Assembly (NCBI RefSeq): GCF_009914755.1
Contig: NC_060927.1
DNA length: 64,000 bases
Strand: one strand, 5' to 3'
Origin: the human T2T-CHM13v2.0 reference genome, Homo sapiens
Shown here: piece after piece, positions 28,270-41,560 of the stretch
How positions within the stretch are numbered: position 1 is the first letter of the stretch
Layout: every line of letters starts with the position of its first letter
Translations under genes and position numbers: made by a program
Notes under the pieces: generated by a model
Told to the model about the DNA's origin: nothing
Seen by the model: the letters and a program-made list of their open reading frames with translations, nothing else
Databases searched by the model: none

Positions 28270-28760
28270 AACACACAGAGCCATGCTTTCTGCAAAGAAA
28301 ATGTTGATTTCTTCTGAATACTACTTCCTTCCCCAACACGTGCAAGTATTTTTCTGTTCTAAGTGAACATATTTTCTCCCTTGTGGGACAGACAGTGGAG
28401 AAGTTCAAAAAGGCAAGCACTGTCTTGTGCTTTCCTGAGGCATGGGTAGAGTCCACTATCATTCAGCTAGCCTGACTCCCCAAACTCCAGTATCTTTTAT
28501 CTCTTTTATCATTTTGTATTGGTGTCTTTCTGCTTACTGGTGTATTGGAAATATTTTTTAAAAGCCAAGCAAAATCTCTATCTGCATTATTCTTTTAAGA
28601 TAAATGGATTAGGCATGGCTAATATTTAATATACAGATGGACATCTGATGCCATTATTCAGTCTGCCTGTTGGGCTTTTAAGGCAAGGCTATATACCTCC
28701 CAAGAAGAATGAAGATCTTTCTTCCCCAAGATCAAAGACACTAAATCCCAGACCATAGAA
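28270..28760 (+). pseudogene. Cadherin relic containing copy 1 of the 160-bp duplication
   Basis: KYFSVLSEHIFSLVGQTVEKF...EAWVESTI (from 28344); later RQGYI..NEDLS. Confidence 0.5.
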
Positions 28761-30181
28761 TGTACAGTATCAGGAAACCCTACCTAGTAATTTCTTCTAA
28801 AACATCTCCTTTTTTCTGTCTCATCCAAAAACATAGGCTTCAAGCAATTTATTTGAAATGCCACTAATCAGGAAGGAAAATAATTATTTCAGAAAAAGGA
28901 ATGTTAGTTTTGCCACTGATTGGTGTATAACTCTTGAAAAAGCACTGCCATTTTAAGTGAGTGGGTTTTAAAATAACAAAGATTTGTAAGGGGCACTTCT
29001 TATTTATCTTTGTGGCAGAGGGTGGCAGAGGACCAGAAAATTTTTAAATACAGTATTTCCTACTGTAAACAGAGCCAAAGGACAGGGTAGTCATATTACA
29101 GAAGAACTTTAAATTTTGCATAAGTAATATATTATCAATATTCTAATAATTAAGGATCCAGGTTTCAAGTACTATAACAAAGTTTTGTTAAATTATTTAG
29201 TAAGTTTTAAATTGTGTTACATTATTTGTATTAGGGAAAAATGAATTTGCATTGGAATTTTCAGGACCATATATAAATTATACAGTAATTCATCCTATGG
29301 AAACAATTATTATCTTGTTGGTCCAAGTCCTCCTTAGCATAAGGGATAACTTAAATAAAATATAATTTATCAATCTGCATTCACAGGCTTTTTAATCCTT
29401 TAAGCGCCACATGACTATCAAATACTACCAATGAGTTTTTCAATTCCTGACATTTGTCACTGTGAGAAGCATAGACTATAACCATATAGTCATGCTCTCT
29501 CTTACAGTGATCTCCATCCTGTCATATATAATGAGACAGCCTGTTTTCTTTTTCATATTGGTAATAATAGAAGAGTAGAAGAACACTGCAGTGATATATT
29601 TTTGAAGCATTAATGTATAATAACTTTTGGTGGAGTCTTGATTGGTATATTTATGTTAACCAGCTTGAGAAAAGTTTACTTGTTGTTTTTAAAATTTATA
29701 TTATTTAGTCATACATCCTTTTAAAATTTTGATCCTCTACCAAAAATGGACACAAACACACACACATACACACACACACGTACTCACAAGCTATATGTAC
29801 ACAATTTCATTTACAATATCAGTAGTATGATCTCTGACACATATTTATCCATCCATAGATATTTGGCAGTCTGTTAACCCTAGGTTAAGAACCACTGCTT
29901 TATGGTAGCTTGACTTTGATTTGTGAATTTTCTGATTGGAGACTAATTATAATTTCCCTCAGTTTTAGGGGACTCATACTCTCGGTAATGCGAGCAGAAG
30001 GCAAGAAGATAGATACTTATTCATTTGGTACTGGCATCTTTCTGCTTACTGCTGTATTGGAAATATTTTTTAAAAGCCAAGCAAAATCTCTATGGGCATT
30101 ATTCTTTTAAGATAAATGGATTAGGCATGGCTAATATTTAATATACAGATGGACATCTGATGCAATTATTCAGTCTGTCTG
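28509..30181 (+). repeat. ~160-bp direct repeat pair (28509-28669 and 30021-30181)
   Basis: Shared core tctttctgcttactg.tgtattggaaatattttttaaaagccaagcaaaatctctat...gatggacatctgatgc.attattcagtctg; about 10 mismatches. Confidence 0.95.
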
Positions 30182-30190
30182 CTATGGGAA
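29900..30190 (+). pseudogene. Cadherin relic containing copy 2 of the duplication
   Basis: ORF 29910-30110: LICEFSDWRLIIISLSF...KIDTYSFGTGIFLLTAVLE. Confidence 0.45.
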
Positions 30191-30199
30191 TGGTCGCAC

Positions 30200-30590
30200 A
30201 GTGTTGGAAGAGATTGGCTAGCTCTTTTACAAAACTCTTTCTTCCTCCTGGCACAGGATTGACTACCTTTTAGACAGTTGTGTAGTTAGGTGTGGCCATT
30301 TGATTGAACTCTGGTTAACAGAATATGGAAATGAGTGATTCGCATTGTTCCTGGCCTGTCCCATAACAGACCTCCCATGCATGATCTTTATGGCTTAATG
30401 GAAATGAACATGGAGGCCTTGGGAGACAAATGCAGGAGATAACAGAGGCATAAAGTAGAAAGGAGCTGGCTCTCTTAATCGCCTCTTGGAGGAGAGCTGC
30501 TGCTGAACAACCATTTTGGACTTTTGTGTTAAGCTAGATAAATTTTGGGGTTCTCTCTAATAGCAACTAAACAGACCTGAACTACTATAT
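30200..30590 (+). mobile_element. MLT1J-like LTR fragment
   Basis: gttaggtgtggccatttgattgaactctgg...aacagaggcataaagtagaaaggagctgg. Confidence 0.55.
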
Positions 30591-32671
30591 AAGGCTTACT
30601 GAATAATTCAGAGTGGAAAACTACAGGAGCGTTGCCAAATTCTAGGGGAGTGCCACATTCTGTTTATTTTCAGTATTTTGTGACACATGCTGTTTACTTG
30701 TGACTGGCTAGATGGAATAATGCATGAAATAATATTGTCTAGTTTCAACTTGAAGTAATCCTCAATGATGGACACATAGCTTAAAAAGATTTCTTCAGAG
30801 AAAATGTGAAGAGAGTGTCCCAATAATGCGAGCAGATATGGAAATTCTGAAGAGGCCTCACTGCATCTTTTCTATGAGTTGAATGAGGCGTTCAGCAGTC
30901 CCTTAGAGAGTAAAACAATATTCTGAAAAGATGCCAAAAATTCAACCAATCACAAAGGCTATTTGAACTACTTATATACACCCATCATTAATAATAATAC
31001 ATTCTGTCCTATATTGTAATTTGGATTATTAAATAGAGTAATTCATATATAAAATATGGGAGAGGGCATGTTCAATTTTTTTTTTAATTGGTAAAAGTAT
31101 ATAATCAAAATCCTCTGCAGAGCACTGATCTAGACACTGAGAATCCTGTATCTGCTTGCTCACTGGATGCTCCTACAGAAAAGTGAAAATTTGTCTAAAC
31201 CACTTGAACAGTGTGCTTGGGACACAACTTTGGAAGTAGTCTAATGGACAAGTTAGTAATCATGAGGGTAAGGCTATCATACTGGTGAACCCCTCAAAAT
31301 AAAAAAAGTTAGCAATTGAGTTAAAAAAGAAAAGTTTTTTTTTCCCTTTCTATGTCTAAGTACTAGGTTAGTATATATATATTTTTATACTGAATTCTTC
31401 ATTTGAGTGTCGTGACCCTTTAAACCAGCTGGATTTTTGGTTTGGAAGAATCTGCAATTTCAATTTCAAAATTAAAGATAATATTACTCTATTAATTTAT
31501 GAGTTTACTGCTGTATAATCTTGAATAAGTTGACAAGTCTGTTATAAAATAGAAGTAATGAAGAATAGAATTTACCTTATATTTCAGGTTTTCCAATTTT
31601 TAATGACTTCAGTATGGATTTTCTACATGATTTACCTAATGTTTAGATACTGTCTGCTGTTTCTTTAGGGCCACAACAATGTGTTTAGAAAATCAGTCAT
31701 TGGTTGCAGTTAGGATTAAAAGTATCTTAATTTTTTTGTCACTTGTTTTTTTAATTATTAAAACATCATGTCTCCATTAAACAAAAATCTTCAGAAATAG
31801 AGAAAAACATAAAGAATAAAACCAAGCAACTCATAATCCAGAGGAAGGCTCTTGTATTGTATGTTAGACCCATATTTTTTATACAGATTTGTATGCCACC
31901 CTTTTCTATTACCTTATAAAAATCATTTTTTTTAAACTACATTATTCTGCATTTTGAAAGTTAGTTGTGATTATTTTTAACAAATAATATTGTGGAATAT
32001 TGTAATTCTTTTGAATATTTTCATACCGCTGTATGTTTAGATCAATTTTGTATTTTTCCCATTATAAGTGATGCCATGATGAATATTCTTCCATATTAAG
32101 CTTTGAATGAATTTATGTAGGTCCTGAAGGTAAATTCCTAGAAGTGGAAGTATACCAAGTAAAATTACAGGAACATTTCAGAGGTTCTATTCATTTCATT
32201 GCAAAGCCATCAGTATTGAATATTATAATTTTTAAATAGTATATTAGTTTTATTTTCTATATTTTGTTGCTGACTGCTTAAATTGAAAATGCTTTCATAC
32301 ATTTACTAGCTTGGTACTTTCTCTTTTAAATCATCTTCCTTTCTATTTGAAATAATTTTAGAGTTAAACAAAAGTTGCTAAAGCAGAACAAGGAAAGCCT
32401 GTATACATTCACTCAGATTCCCAACATATTGACATTTAATTACTTCTATATGTATGATTATATCTTTTTGAAATGTTTAAATGAAATAATCAAACATAGT
32501 TTTAGTGAAGTATAATAGGTTTCTAGAAGATAACTCAAATTTATCTTTCTGATTTGGCCTGCATTCCTCATTCTCTTTTGCTCTTCTGAATATTACACTT
32601 TTGATTGGCTAGTCCCTTTTTGATACTCATAAATAACTCAATGACCTCGAACATTCTCTTTTATATTATGC

Positions 32672-32731
32672 TATTTTAGTTCTCCATTTTGATTGTGGTA
32701 TTTTAGTTCTCCATTTTGATTGTGGTATTTT
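32672..32731 (+). repeat. 27-bp perfect tandem duplication
   Basis: tattttagttctccattttgattgtgg x2 plus tatttt. Confidence 0.95.
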
Positions 32732-32989
32732 CTCATCCCAACTTGAGCAGGGGTATACTGTAACAATGTCCATAAATCTGGGCTTTGGTACTGGGGGAAA
32801 AGACATGGTGAAACTAAATATTTATGTGGGAAGACAGGGAAGCCAAATGTTTGAAAAATATCCCAGGCAACTCTGATAATTTCTTCCCACTATTATATTT
32901 AAGAATGATTAAGGTAAAAAGTCATTTCCTTAGATAGATTTCCTAGATACATTTCCTGTCTCTACCATATATAATTTAAAATCACTTCG

Positions 32990-33310
32990 GTATGCGACTT
33001 TCCAACTTACGCTTGATTTGGGAGAGTATATATGGCTGTGAATAAAGTATCACTAATTAAGAAATCTGGAGGCACAGGCCCAGGAGGTAGCTTTTCTAGT
33101 CCTGATTGGCTGGAGCATACCAAGTCTATGAGCCCACCCATACAGGGGATATTTCCAAGGAATTGGGAGAAAAGTCGGGTTTATTTACTCCATCTTCTTA
33201 CTGTTTATTGAAAGATTGGGTTGCCATGGTGATGGGAAAGAGGTATAATAAGAGATTGGGGAAAATGTTACAACATGGAGAAGGATTTGGTTTTTCATCT
33301 AGTTAAATGG
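32990..33310 (+). pseudogene. Weak cadherin relic
   Basis: LDLGEY..IKY, YEPTHTGDIS, VA-(fs)-GDGK. Confidence 0.3.
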
Positions 33311-33653
33311 AAGTTGACGTTTTTGAACTACATTTGTATTATCTCATTGTCCTTCCCCTGTCAGTATGCATCACAAAGTCATTAAAATACTTCAGCATCT
33401 ATCTCTGTTTTTATTACTTTATCGTGATGACTCTTGGGAGTCCTTAGCCATTGAAAAAGGCGTGTGTGTGTATGTGAGTGTTTAGGGGGGTGCAGAACAT
33501 TTTTCACATTCCTATTTTGTGAATTTCAGGTTTCCTGAATTAGATTGTCAGAAATTTTGCCTTTTACATAAACATTTTTAAGGAATCACTTTTTGAATTA
33601 ATCAATTTTACTGTTTTGTGCTTTCAGATTAATTTCTATATTCCTCTGCTCTT

Positions 33654-35448
33654 TTTTTTTTTTTTTTTTTAATCCCACTTGTTCAGTTTAGTCAAGAAAG
33701 TTTGGACCGAATTAGTGAAAATATGGAATTGTGGAGTATTTTTAAAGAACTGAAGTAGTATTAATTTCAAGTATCTATATGATGGTATTTCAGTTATAAA
33801 ACTATACATGGTGTTTGTCCTTGGGGACTTAATTAATGGAAAGATAAAAGTGGTATGTAATCAGCTTATCAACAGAAGGAAGAAATGCGAGCATTTTTTT
33901 TTTAATTTTTTTAGTATTTATTGATCATTCTTGGGTGTTTCTTGGAGAGGGGGATTTGGCAGGGTCATAGGACAATAGTGGAGGGAAGGTCAGCAGATAA
34001 ACATGTGAACAAAGTTCTCTGGTTTTCCTAGGCAGAGGACCCTGCGGCCTTCCGCACTGTTTGTGTCCCTGGGTACTTGAGATTAGGGAGTGGTGATGAC
34101 TCTTAATGAGCATGCTGCCTTCAAGCATCTGTTTAACAAAGCACATCTTGTACCGCCCTTAATCCACTTAACCCTGAGTTGACACAGCACATGTTGCAGA
34201 GAGCACGGGGTTGGGGGTAAGGTTATAGATTAACAGCATCCCAAGGCAGAAGAATTTTTCTTAGTACAGAACAAAATGGAGTCTCCTATGTGTACTTCTT
34301 TCTACACAGACAGAGTAACAATCTGATCTCTCTTTCTTTTCCCCACATTTCCCCCTTTTCTATTTGACAAAACTGCCATCCTCATCATGGCCCCTTCTCA
34401 ATGAGCTGTTGGGTACACCTCCCAGACGGGGTGGCGGCTGGGCAGAGGGTCTCCTCACTTCCCAGACCGGGCGGCTGCCAGGAAGGGGCGCCCCCCCACC
34501 CCCCAGACGGGGCGGCTGCCAGGCGAGGGCGCCCCCCACCTCCCAGATGGGGCGGCTGCCGGGCGGGGGCGCCCCCGACCTCTCAGACCGGGTGGCTGTG
34601 GGGTGGAGGGGCTCCTCACTTCTCAGACGGGGCGGCCGGGCGGAGGCGCTCCTCAGTTCCCAGATGGGGTCGTGGCCGGGCAGAGGCGCTCCTCACCTCC
34701 CAGACGGGGTGGCGGCCGGGTAGAGACACTCCTTACCTCCCAGACAGGGTGGCCGGGCAGAGGTGCTCCACACATCCCAGATGGGGTGGCCGGGCAGAGG
34801 CGCTCCCCACATCCCAGATGATGGGCGGCCAGGCAGAGACGCTCCTCATTTCCTAGAGGGGATGACAGCCAGGAAGAGACGCTCCTCACTTCCCAGACTG
34901 GGCTGCCGGGCAGAGGGGCTCCTCACATCCCAGACGATGGGCGGCCAGGCAGAGACGCTCCTCACTTCCTAGACGGGGTGGCGGCCTGGCAGAGGCTGCA
35001 ATCTCAGCACTTTGGGAGGCCAAGGCAGGTGGCTGGGAGGTGGAGGTTGTAGCGAGCCGAGATCATGCCACTGCACTCCAGCCTGGGCAACATTGAGCAC
35101 TGTGTGAGCGAGACTCCGTCTGCAATCCCGGCACCTCCGGAGGCCGAGGCGGGCAGATCACTCGAGGTCAGGAGCTGGAGACCAGCCCGGCCAACACGGC
35201 GAAACCCCGTCTCCACCAAAAAATAAAAAACCAGTCAGGCGTGGCGGCGCGCACCTGCAATCCCAGGCACTAGGCAGGCTGAGGCAGGAGAATCAGGCAG
35301 GGAGGTTGCAGTGAGCCGAGTTCGCGGCAGTACAGTCCAGCCTCGGCAACAGAGGGAGACCGTAGAAAGCGGGAGACGGAGATGAGGAGACCGTGGAAAG
35401 CGGGAGACGGAGACGGAGACGAGGGAGAGGGATAGGGAGAGGGAGAGG
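33654..35448 (-). mobile_element. Full-length older SVA (A/B-like; body 33894-35448) with a 3' transduction (33671-33893)
   Basis: SINE-R (33912-34410), GC-rich VNTR (~34420-34990), Alu-like domain, (CCCTCT)n hexamer at 35420-35448; TSD tattcct(c/a)tgctctt at 33639-33653 and 35449-35463. Confidence 0.93.
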
Positions 35449-37177
35449 TATTCCTATGCTCTTACTAATTTATTTTATTTTTGTTTTTCTCTATTTTGAG
35501 TCAAGTCCATAATTTATGTATTTTTATTAATTTTTTAATAAGGAAAGCAATTAAGATTCTCATCTGTCTTTTAGGAACAACTTTAATTTTTTTCTGTTTA
35601 AAAGAGTAAATGTATTCGTTGTAGAAAATCTGATAGTATACATGGAGAAAAAGTAGACATTTGTACAGCTTTTACTACTTTCCCATAAGTTTTGACATGT
35701 AGTATTTTTTTTCATTTTTGTCAACGTAGATAGTAATTTTAGTTCTGATTCTGTGTTTTGGGATGTACAAGTTAGTTGGAAAAGAGTAAAAAAAATTTAA
35801 GTAAGAGAGGTTTTATTTTGCTAACATTGTTATTATTTTCAATTTTTCATATTGTGAAATAAAATATGGCTTTCACAACATAACAGTGACTTAAAAATGA
35901 TAGAAGTTTTTTCTATCATTTTTCCCTTGTGTAAAAATGTCTGGAGGAAAAGGCCCGATGGCTTGCTTAGTAGCTTCTTGGAATTATCATGGATCCCGAT
36001 TTCTGTTGCTATTATCCTAATATAAGGTATTCATGTTCTGGTCAACTCTTGTTTACGATGACTGCTAGTGCCCTAGCCAGTTGTATCGAAGTTGCAGTCT
36101 GCATGAAGGAAGAAAGATGGAAGTGCAGACAAAGGAGAGGCCCTCCCAGCAGAGTTATATCCCTATAAGGTGTTTTTGTGATGGTCCTAAGTATTTCCAC
36201 TTGTATGTCCTTGACCAGAATTTTGTCACTTGACCACTGCCAGCTGTAAGAAAGGTTGGAAAATCTAGTCTTTTATTCTGGCAATTAACTCAGTTAAAAG
36301 TCAAGATTTTATTTCTAAGGACAAAAGAAAGAATGAACAGTGAGGTGGGCAGGTAGCGGCTTTGTAAGAGTATAATTTAATGCTCTTCACTGCCCCCTAC
36401 CCTTGCCACAAATCACTTTTTTCCTACCTCCAAATACAGTTATATTTTAAGTTTTTGTTAAATCAATAGCCAGAATATACTTAGTATTATACTAATATTA
36501 ATATTGCTCACATTTAAGTAATGTGAAGTAGTGATCACATTCTCTTTTTGTGTACATCACTTTGCTTTTCCAGCTATGACAGACAAAATCATTTCACATC
36601 TATTCCAATCCCTCCTTTGTGTTGACTCAGTGATGAAAACTGCAGAACTAAAAACATGTCTCCCAGATTTCTTTGAATCCAGGTGTGGTTATGTGACACA
36701 GTTCTGGAATCTTTTTTTGTTTGTTTGTTTCTATTTTTCCCATGATTATTGAGGCTGAAATGGCCATTTTGTGACCAGAAGGAAAACAGTAATCTTGGCC
36801 CTACTAACACCAGCAGTTACCCATCTCCAAAATTCTTATATGAAAAAAATCGGAAAACAAAACCTATTTGTGTAAGCCCCTGTATTGTCAAATGTTCTGT
36901 TACTCATAGCCAAATGTGATTGCTAATTGATACACTTGTAGTAAAAAAAAGTCTTTTATATATAAATTTTCTATCTAGTTATGACTAATTTTAACTTGCA
37001 CTATAGATCTGACAGCCTTTTGGCAATGGGAATACCTCCCAGATTTTGCATATTGCCTGATAGCCAATCTTAATTTTTTGTAAGATTTGTTTCCCATCCC
37101 TTCATTGCTATTTTACCATGAATTTATAACTTCCATATAAGGAAATATTATGTAGATACTACTTTAAATCCTGGAAT

Positions 37178-37485
37178 TTCTTTTTTTCTTTTCTGTTTTT
37201 TTTTTGAGACGGAGTCTCACTCTGTCACTCAGGCTGGAGTGTAATGGCATGACCTCGGCTCATTGCAAACTCCGCCTCCTGGGATCAAGCGATTCTCCTG
37301 TCTCAGCCTCCTGAGTAGCTGGGATTATAGGCACCCACCACCACGCCTGGCTAATTTTTGTATTTTTAGTAGAGCTGGGGTTTCACCATGTTGGTCAGGC
37401 TGGTCTCGAACTCCTGACCTCGTGATCTGCCTGCCTCAGCCTCCCAAAGTGCTGGGATTACAGGCATGAGCCATTGCGCCCGACC
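37178..37485 (-). mobile_element. AluS
   Basis: Both arms present; TSD aatcctggaat at 37167-37177 and 37487-37497. Confidence 0.93.
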
Positions 37486-38111
37486 CAATCCTGGAATGTT
37501 TTAATGAGTGAATCATTTTTGTCGTTTATTCTACATTTACTTCTAAATTTAACTTTTAAAAATAAATATATCGATAATTGGATATCAATGCATCTGGTTT
37601 CCAAACTGCTTTCAGAAGATGATTTGAACTTATTATTTTTAATAACTGGAGAGTAGAGATAGATTTCAACTAGGCAAAGAGAAAGTAAGGGCCAAACGTG
37701 ATATTCTTGGGACCTCTGCAGAATTTACATTTAAACTCATTACATGTTTAGAGCATGTAATTTAATTCAATAAAGGTGGTTTAGGAGGCAGCAAGATGGG
37801 GAGGTGTGCCTTCTTGTTTATAGAGAAATTTTGGGCAACCTTAGTATACCAGGATACAGCCTTTCCAATTTCCCTTCTCTTTATTAATGATCCCTTTTAT
37901 TTGGGATTTGGCCAAAAGGAATATAGTTTGATTCATGTGTTCACTCAGACTTTCCATTTGTAGTCACTGATGATTTCAACTCTCTTTGCAACTAGAAAGA
38001 TGAAAAATGTTGTAACTGGCTCCATTTCTCTTTTATGGACCCCTTGAGCACTAATTATTAACAACCAAGGGAGCAACTGGGCACAGAATTTCCCTAGGTG
38101 ATTGACTAATC

Positions 38112-38298
38112 CGGTGGTTCTCAAAGTGTAGTCCTTGGACCAGCAGCATGGGATCATCTGGGAGCTTATTAAAAATGGAGAGTCTTAGTTCCCAACTCAA
38201 ACTTTCTGAATAAGAAATTGGGAGTGGGGCCCAGCCATATGTATTTTAACGAGCCCTCCAGGTGATTCTGATGCATCCTCAAGAGTGAGAATAACTGA
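38112..38298. mobile_element. MER5A hAT MITE
   Basis: gtggttctcaaagtgtagtcc...ccaggtgattctgatgca...gtgagaataactg. Confidence 0.8.
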
Positions 38299-38623
38299 TT
38301 TTAATTATTAGGATCAGAAAAGAAAAAGAAGCTCTGGTTAGCCCAGAAGTGTTAAAAAGTTCAGCTGGCAATCTGAGAGAAAAAGATGAAAAAGAGAAAG
38401 GTAGTTTTTCTTCAGTCATCAAGGCGAGCTGGCAAAGAAAACTCATTGATAAAATAGCATTGGCTATGCAATGTAACTAAAGATGTGTGATACCATCATT
38501 TAGTCATTCATTTATTCTTCATTTTTTATTTAATTTTTTTTTGTTTGTTTATTAACGGTGATTGTTTGCCAGGCATTGAACTAAGTTTAGAGAAAAGATG
38601 CAAAGGTGTTTAAGACATAGAAC

Positions 38624-39931
38624 TGTTACAAGATCTTTGGGGTGTTGCTTTTCTGGCTGGAAACCTCTGCGGCCAGTGGCACTATTGCCTGAGTTCTTGT
38701 CCTAAGTCCAGGAAGAATGAGGTATGCAGACAAACGGAATGTGAGCAAGATGAAGAGGAGCTTTATTGAGTGTTAGAACAGATCAGAGGAGACCTGCAGT
38801 GGGTCGCTTCTTTCTATAAACAGGTCATCCTGTTCAGTGCTCAGCTCTCAGCTGAGAGGGGAGGCCCTGGAGTTGTGGCTCCTCTCTGCAGGCAGGTCAT
38901 CCTGAGAAGTGTTCAGCCCTCACCAGACAGGGTAGCCCTTCTCTGCAGCTGGTTGTCCAGACATCTGCTCTGCTCTGAGTTTAGGGTTTTTATGGTCTTC
39001 GTGGTGGGAAGTGCGTACTGATTGGTCCATGGGCAGCCATGGGTGGGCCCTGGAAAAAGCACAGCCAGTTCCCCCTCCAGTCTGCAGGACTGGCAGCCCG
39101 GCCTCCTCAGGCCCTCCTGGCCTTCCTGGCCTCAAGGTGAGGCTTCACCAAGGACCTGCCCCCTTCTGTCCAGGAGCCTGTCTGCCCCTCCTTCATGGCA
39201 CCCAGGCCGTTGGTGCCAAGGGGTGTCTGCAGGCCAGTGCTGAGCTGCCCTCAGCTCCACTTCGGCTTCCCTCCCATGCTCCTGGCACCCAAAGTCCAGA
39301 GGAGGCTGAGGTGGCAGGGGCCTGGCTGTCAGTGCTGCCCCAAGCGTGTGCCCATCCAGCTGCACAGCAACAGCACCTGGGCTCGGGCCCAGCCTTGCTC
39401 CATGATGTGAGTGGGAGTGGGTGCTGGGAGCAGGGAGAGGCCAGGCAGTGGGAGCAGGCACTTCTGAGCCTGGAGGGAGCAGAGGTGACTTCTTGGGCCC
39501 CCAAGAGCACAGGGATGCCTGGTCCGCAACAGGGCTTGGGCGGCTGAAGCTGCACCAGGGGAGCTCCCTCCCTACCAACTTGGAGAAGGCGGGTTCCTGC
39601 TTGTCCCTGGCACCTGCGGCTCCATGGAGTGTGCAGCCCTGGCCATGCCTCCGAGATCTGAGTGGGTGCTGACAGCGAGGAGAAGCCAGGCAGTGGGAGC
39701 AGGCACTTCCAAGCCTGCAGGGGGCAGGAGGGCCTTGCCAGGCCCTCAAGAGCACAGAGACACCAGGGTCTAGAGGCGTGCCAGGTAGCCGCAGCGGCAC
39801 CCAGGGCACCCAGGGAGGGCAGAGGGGCATGGGGCGCCTGCCTGCTCCGTGGAGTGGGAGGCCAGCAGTGCCTCCACACTGCAGCCGCCGTCTTGGCAGT
39901 GGCCATTCTAGATGGGCCGCTGCTGCCGTCA
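38624..39931 (-). mobile_element. MER52-type ERV1 solo LTR
   Basis: tgttacaagatctttggggtg...gctgctgccgtca; GC-rich; 4-bp TSD GAAC (38620-38623, 39932-39935). Confidence 0.88.
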
Positions 39932-40289
39932 GAACCAATCTTTAAAGAATTTATATTCTGTAAGGAGAAAGCAGGAGGGGATTCGGAAAGAAAGTAAAAT
40001 AAAGCAAGAGGCACACATATGGGCTTAGAAGCACACAGGAAAGACTAAAAATGAAAAGGCAAAACCTCCTTTAGTTGAAACGAAGGTATAGAGTTTGACA
40101 CTGATACATTAATGATATTTCCCATTTGTATATGGCTTTGTGAGCCATATGCGAAAAGAACACAGGCCCACATGCATGCTAATGGTAATGATACTGTGGA
40201 TTGTTGTAGTAATAATTTATGCTCCAGGAAAGCTGTGGTGAAAAAATGTAAACACAGAAGTAATCAAATACACAGTGGTAGTCTTTTCA

Positions 40290-41560
40290 TCTTCTAAGGT
40301 AAGTACACTTCAGCCAGGAAAACAATCAACTTAAACTCAAAATACAATGGCCTGATGAAGAAACCTCAGTGACCCTACACGCACAATTGAAGGGCATAGC
40401 AAGAGCAACATCTTGGGAAATCCAATGAAATCTAGTCAGTATAGATTTTGACCTGCCATTTCAACCTGATCAAATGCAGCTCACTACATCCTAATTGTTA
40501 ACAGAGAAAATTGACTGAGGAGAAAAATCAGCTCCTACTATTGTTCCAGTGACATTGCTCCAACTAAGAAAGAATTCAATCTCTGAAGATCTAGCAGAGG
40601 CTGCTGTGAAGGAACTGCTTACAAAGCTCTCTCTTTGTGATTTAAAAGCATGAAATAACCTCATTTCAAAGTTGAAAGTCTTAAAAAAAATTATCGCCTG
40701 TATAGCCTGGATTTTGAATCAGGCTTGGGATAAAGTAGAAGAGTCTCTGCATGTAGACCCAAATATCTGTTATCAAAAAGCCTGATCATTCCTTTCAGAA
40801 TTCATGGCAAATACTATTTTGCCATCCAAAATACCTTTTGAAGGGCATTTGAGTTTTTAGGGCAATTTCTGTAGGGAAACAAAACAAATGCACAGAAAAT
40901 CTATTTGCACCTTATGCTGTGGAGTCCCGGTGTATTTGAGTCATCTTGTTCATGGAAGAAATTGTTCTTAAAGAACAGCTATCAATATTGCAAAATTGTA
41001 GGGTGGGATTCTAAAAGACAGTTCCATCTACATTCTTGTTTGCTTGTTTCTCCTCTACTGCTTGAAACAAAATAATTTACATAGATTTTGTTTGTGAGAC
41101 AATAGTGAGGGCATCTTTGGGTCTTTGGAAGGTCTCAGTAACGTTTGGCTATCTGGATAGCTCATATGTTGGCTTTCCATAAAGAAGTCCGTAAAGCTCA
41201 GAAAAACTCTTTACACATCATGTAACTGTGCTGTGTTTGAAAGTTGCCTCCTGAAAATTAAATAAAGCTATATTGATTTCTTCTGGGCCACATAATTTAT
41301 TTTTGGAATTTAATCTAGCTCAAATTTCTGCATGGATTTTTGAGATAATGTTTTTCATCATGGGCTGAAAATAGAGCTAACTAGTTGGAAATGCAGGTAG
41401 CTACCATGTAGATATATTCCCACATTAGGCTTATTATTTATATTGTTCAGCCATATAGTCAAAGAAAAGAAATTGTTCTCCAGAACACTTATCAATATTG
41501 CTATTAAGGCAAAAATTTCTAGGCTCTAACGTTATAGGAAATGTAGAAGAAGGTAGGAAT
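40290..41560 (+). pseudogene. Long cadherin relic (~3-4 EC repeats)
   Basis: HFSQENNQLKLKIQWPDEETSV..., DLPFQ..HYILIV/TEKID*, SISEDLAE, YSLDFES (40701-40721), LLSKSLIIPFRI. Confidence 0.65.

Noticed and set aside
30600-31130. Non-repeat-looking block tested for cadherin motifs
   Set aside because: No EC motifs were found. It resembles a degraded hAT-Charlie DNA transposon, but I could not assign it confidently.
34420-34990. Regular GC-rich repeats resembling an array
   Set aside because: This is the SVA VNTR. There are no unique spacers and the context is eukaryotic, so it is not CRISPR.
33925-35219. Multiple ORFs of 69-151 aa
   Set aside because: These are SVA SINE-R, VNTR and Alu-like translations, not genes.
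39011-40014. Long ORFs (178, 268 and 273 aa) in the GC-rich block
   Set aside because: They lie almost entirely within the MER52 LTR; they are low-complexity, overlap on both strands and are explained by GC content.
40540-40660. FSIP2-like reading (SEDLAEAAVKELLTKL)
   Set aside because: Neighbouring KID*, LDFE and ISED motifs, and the window-wide pattern, fit cadherin repeats better.
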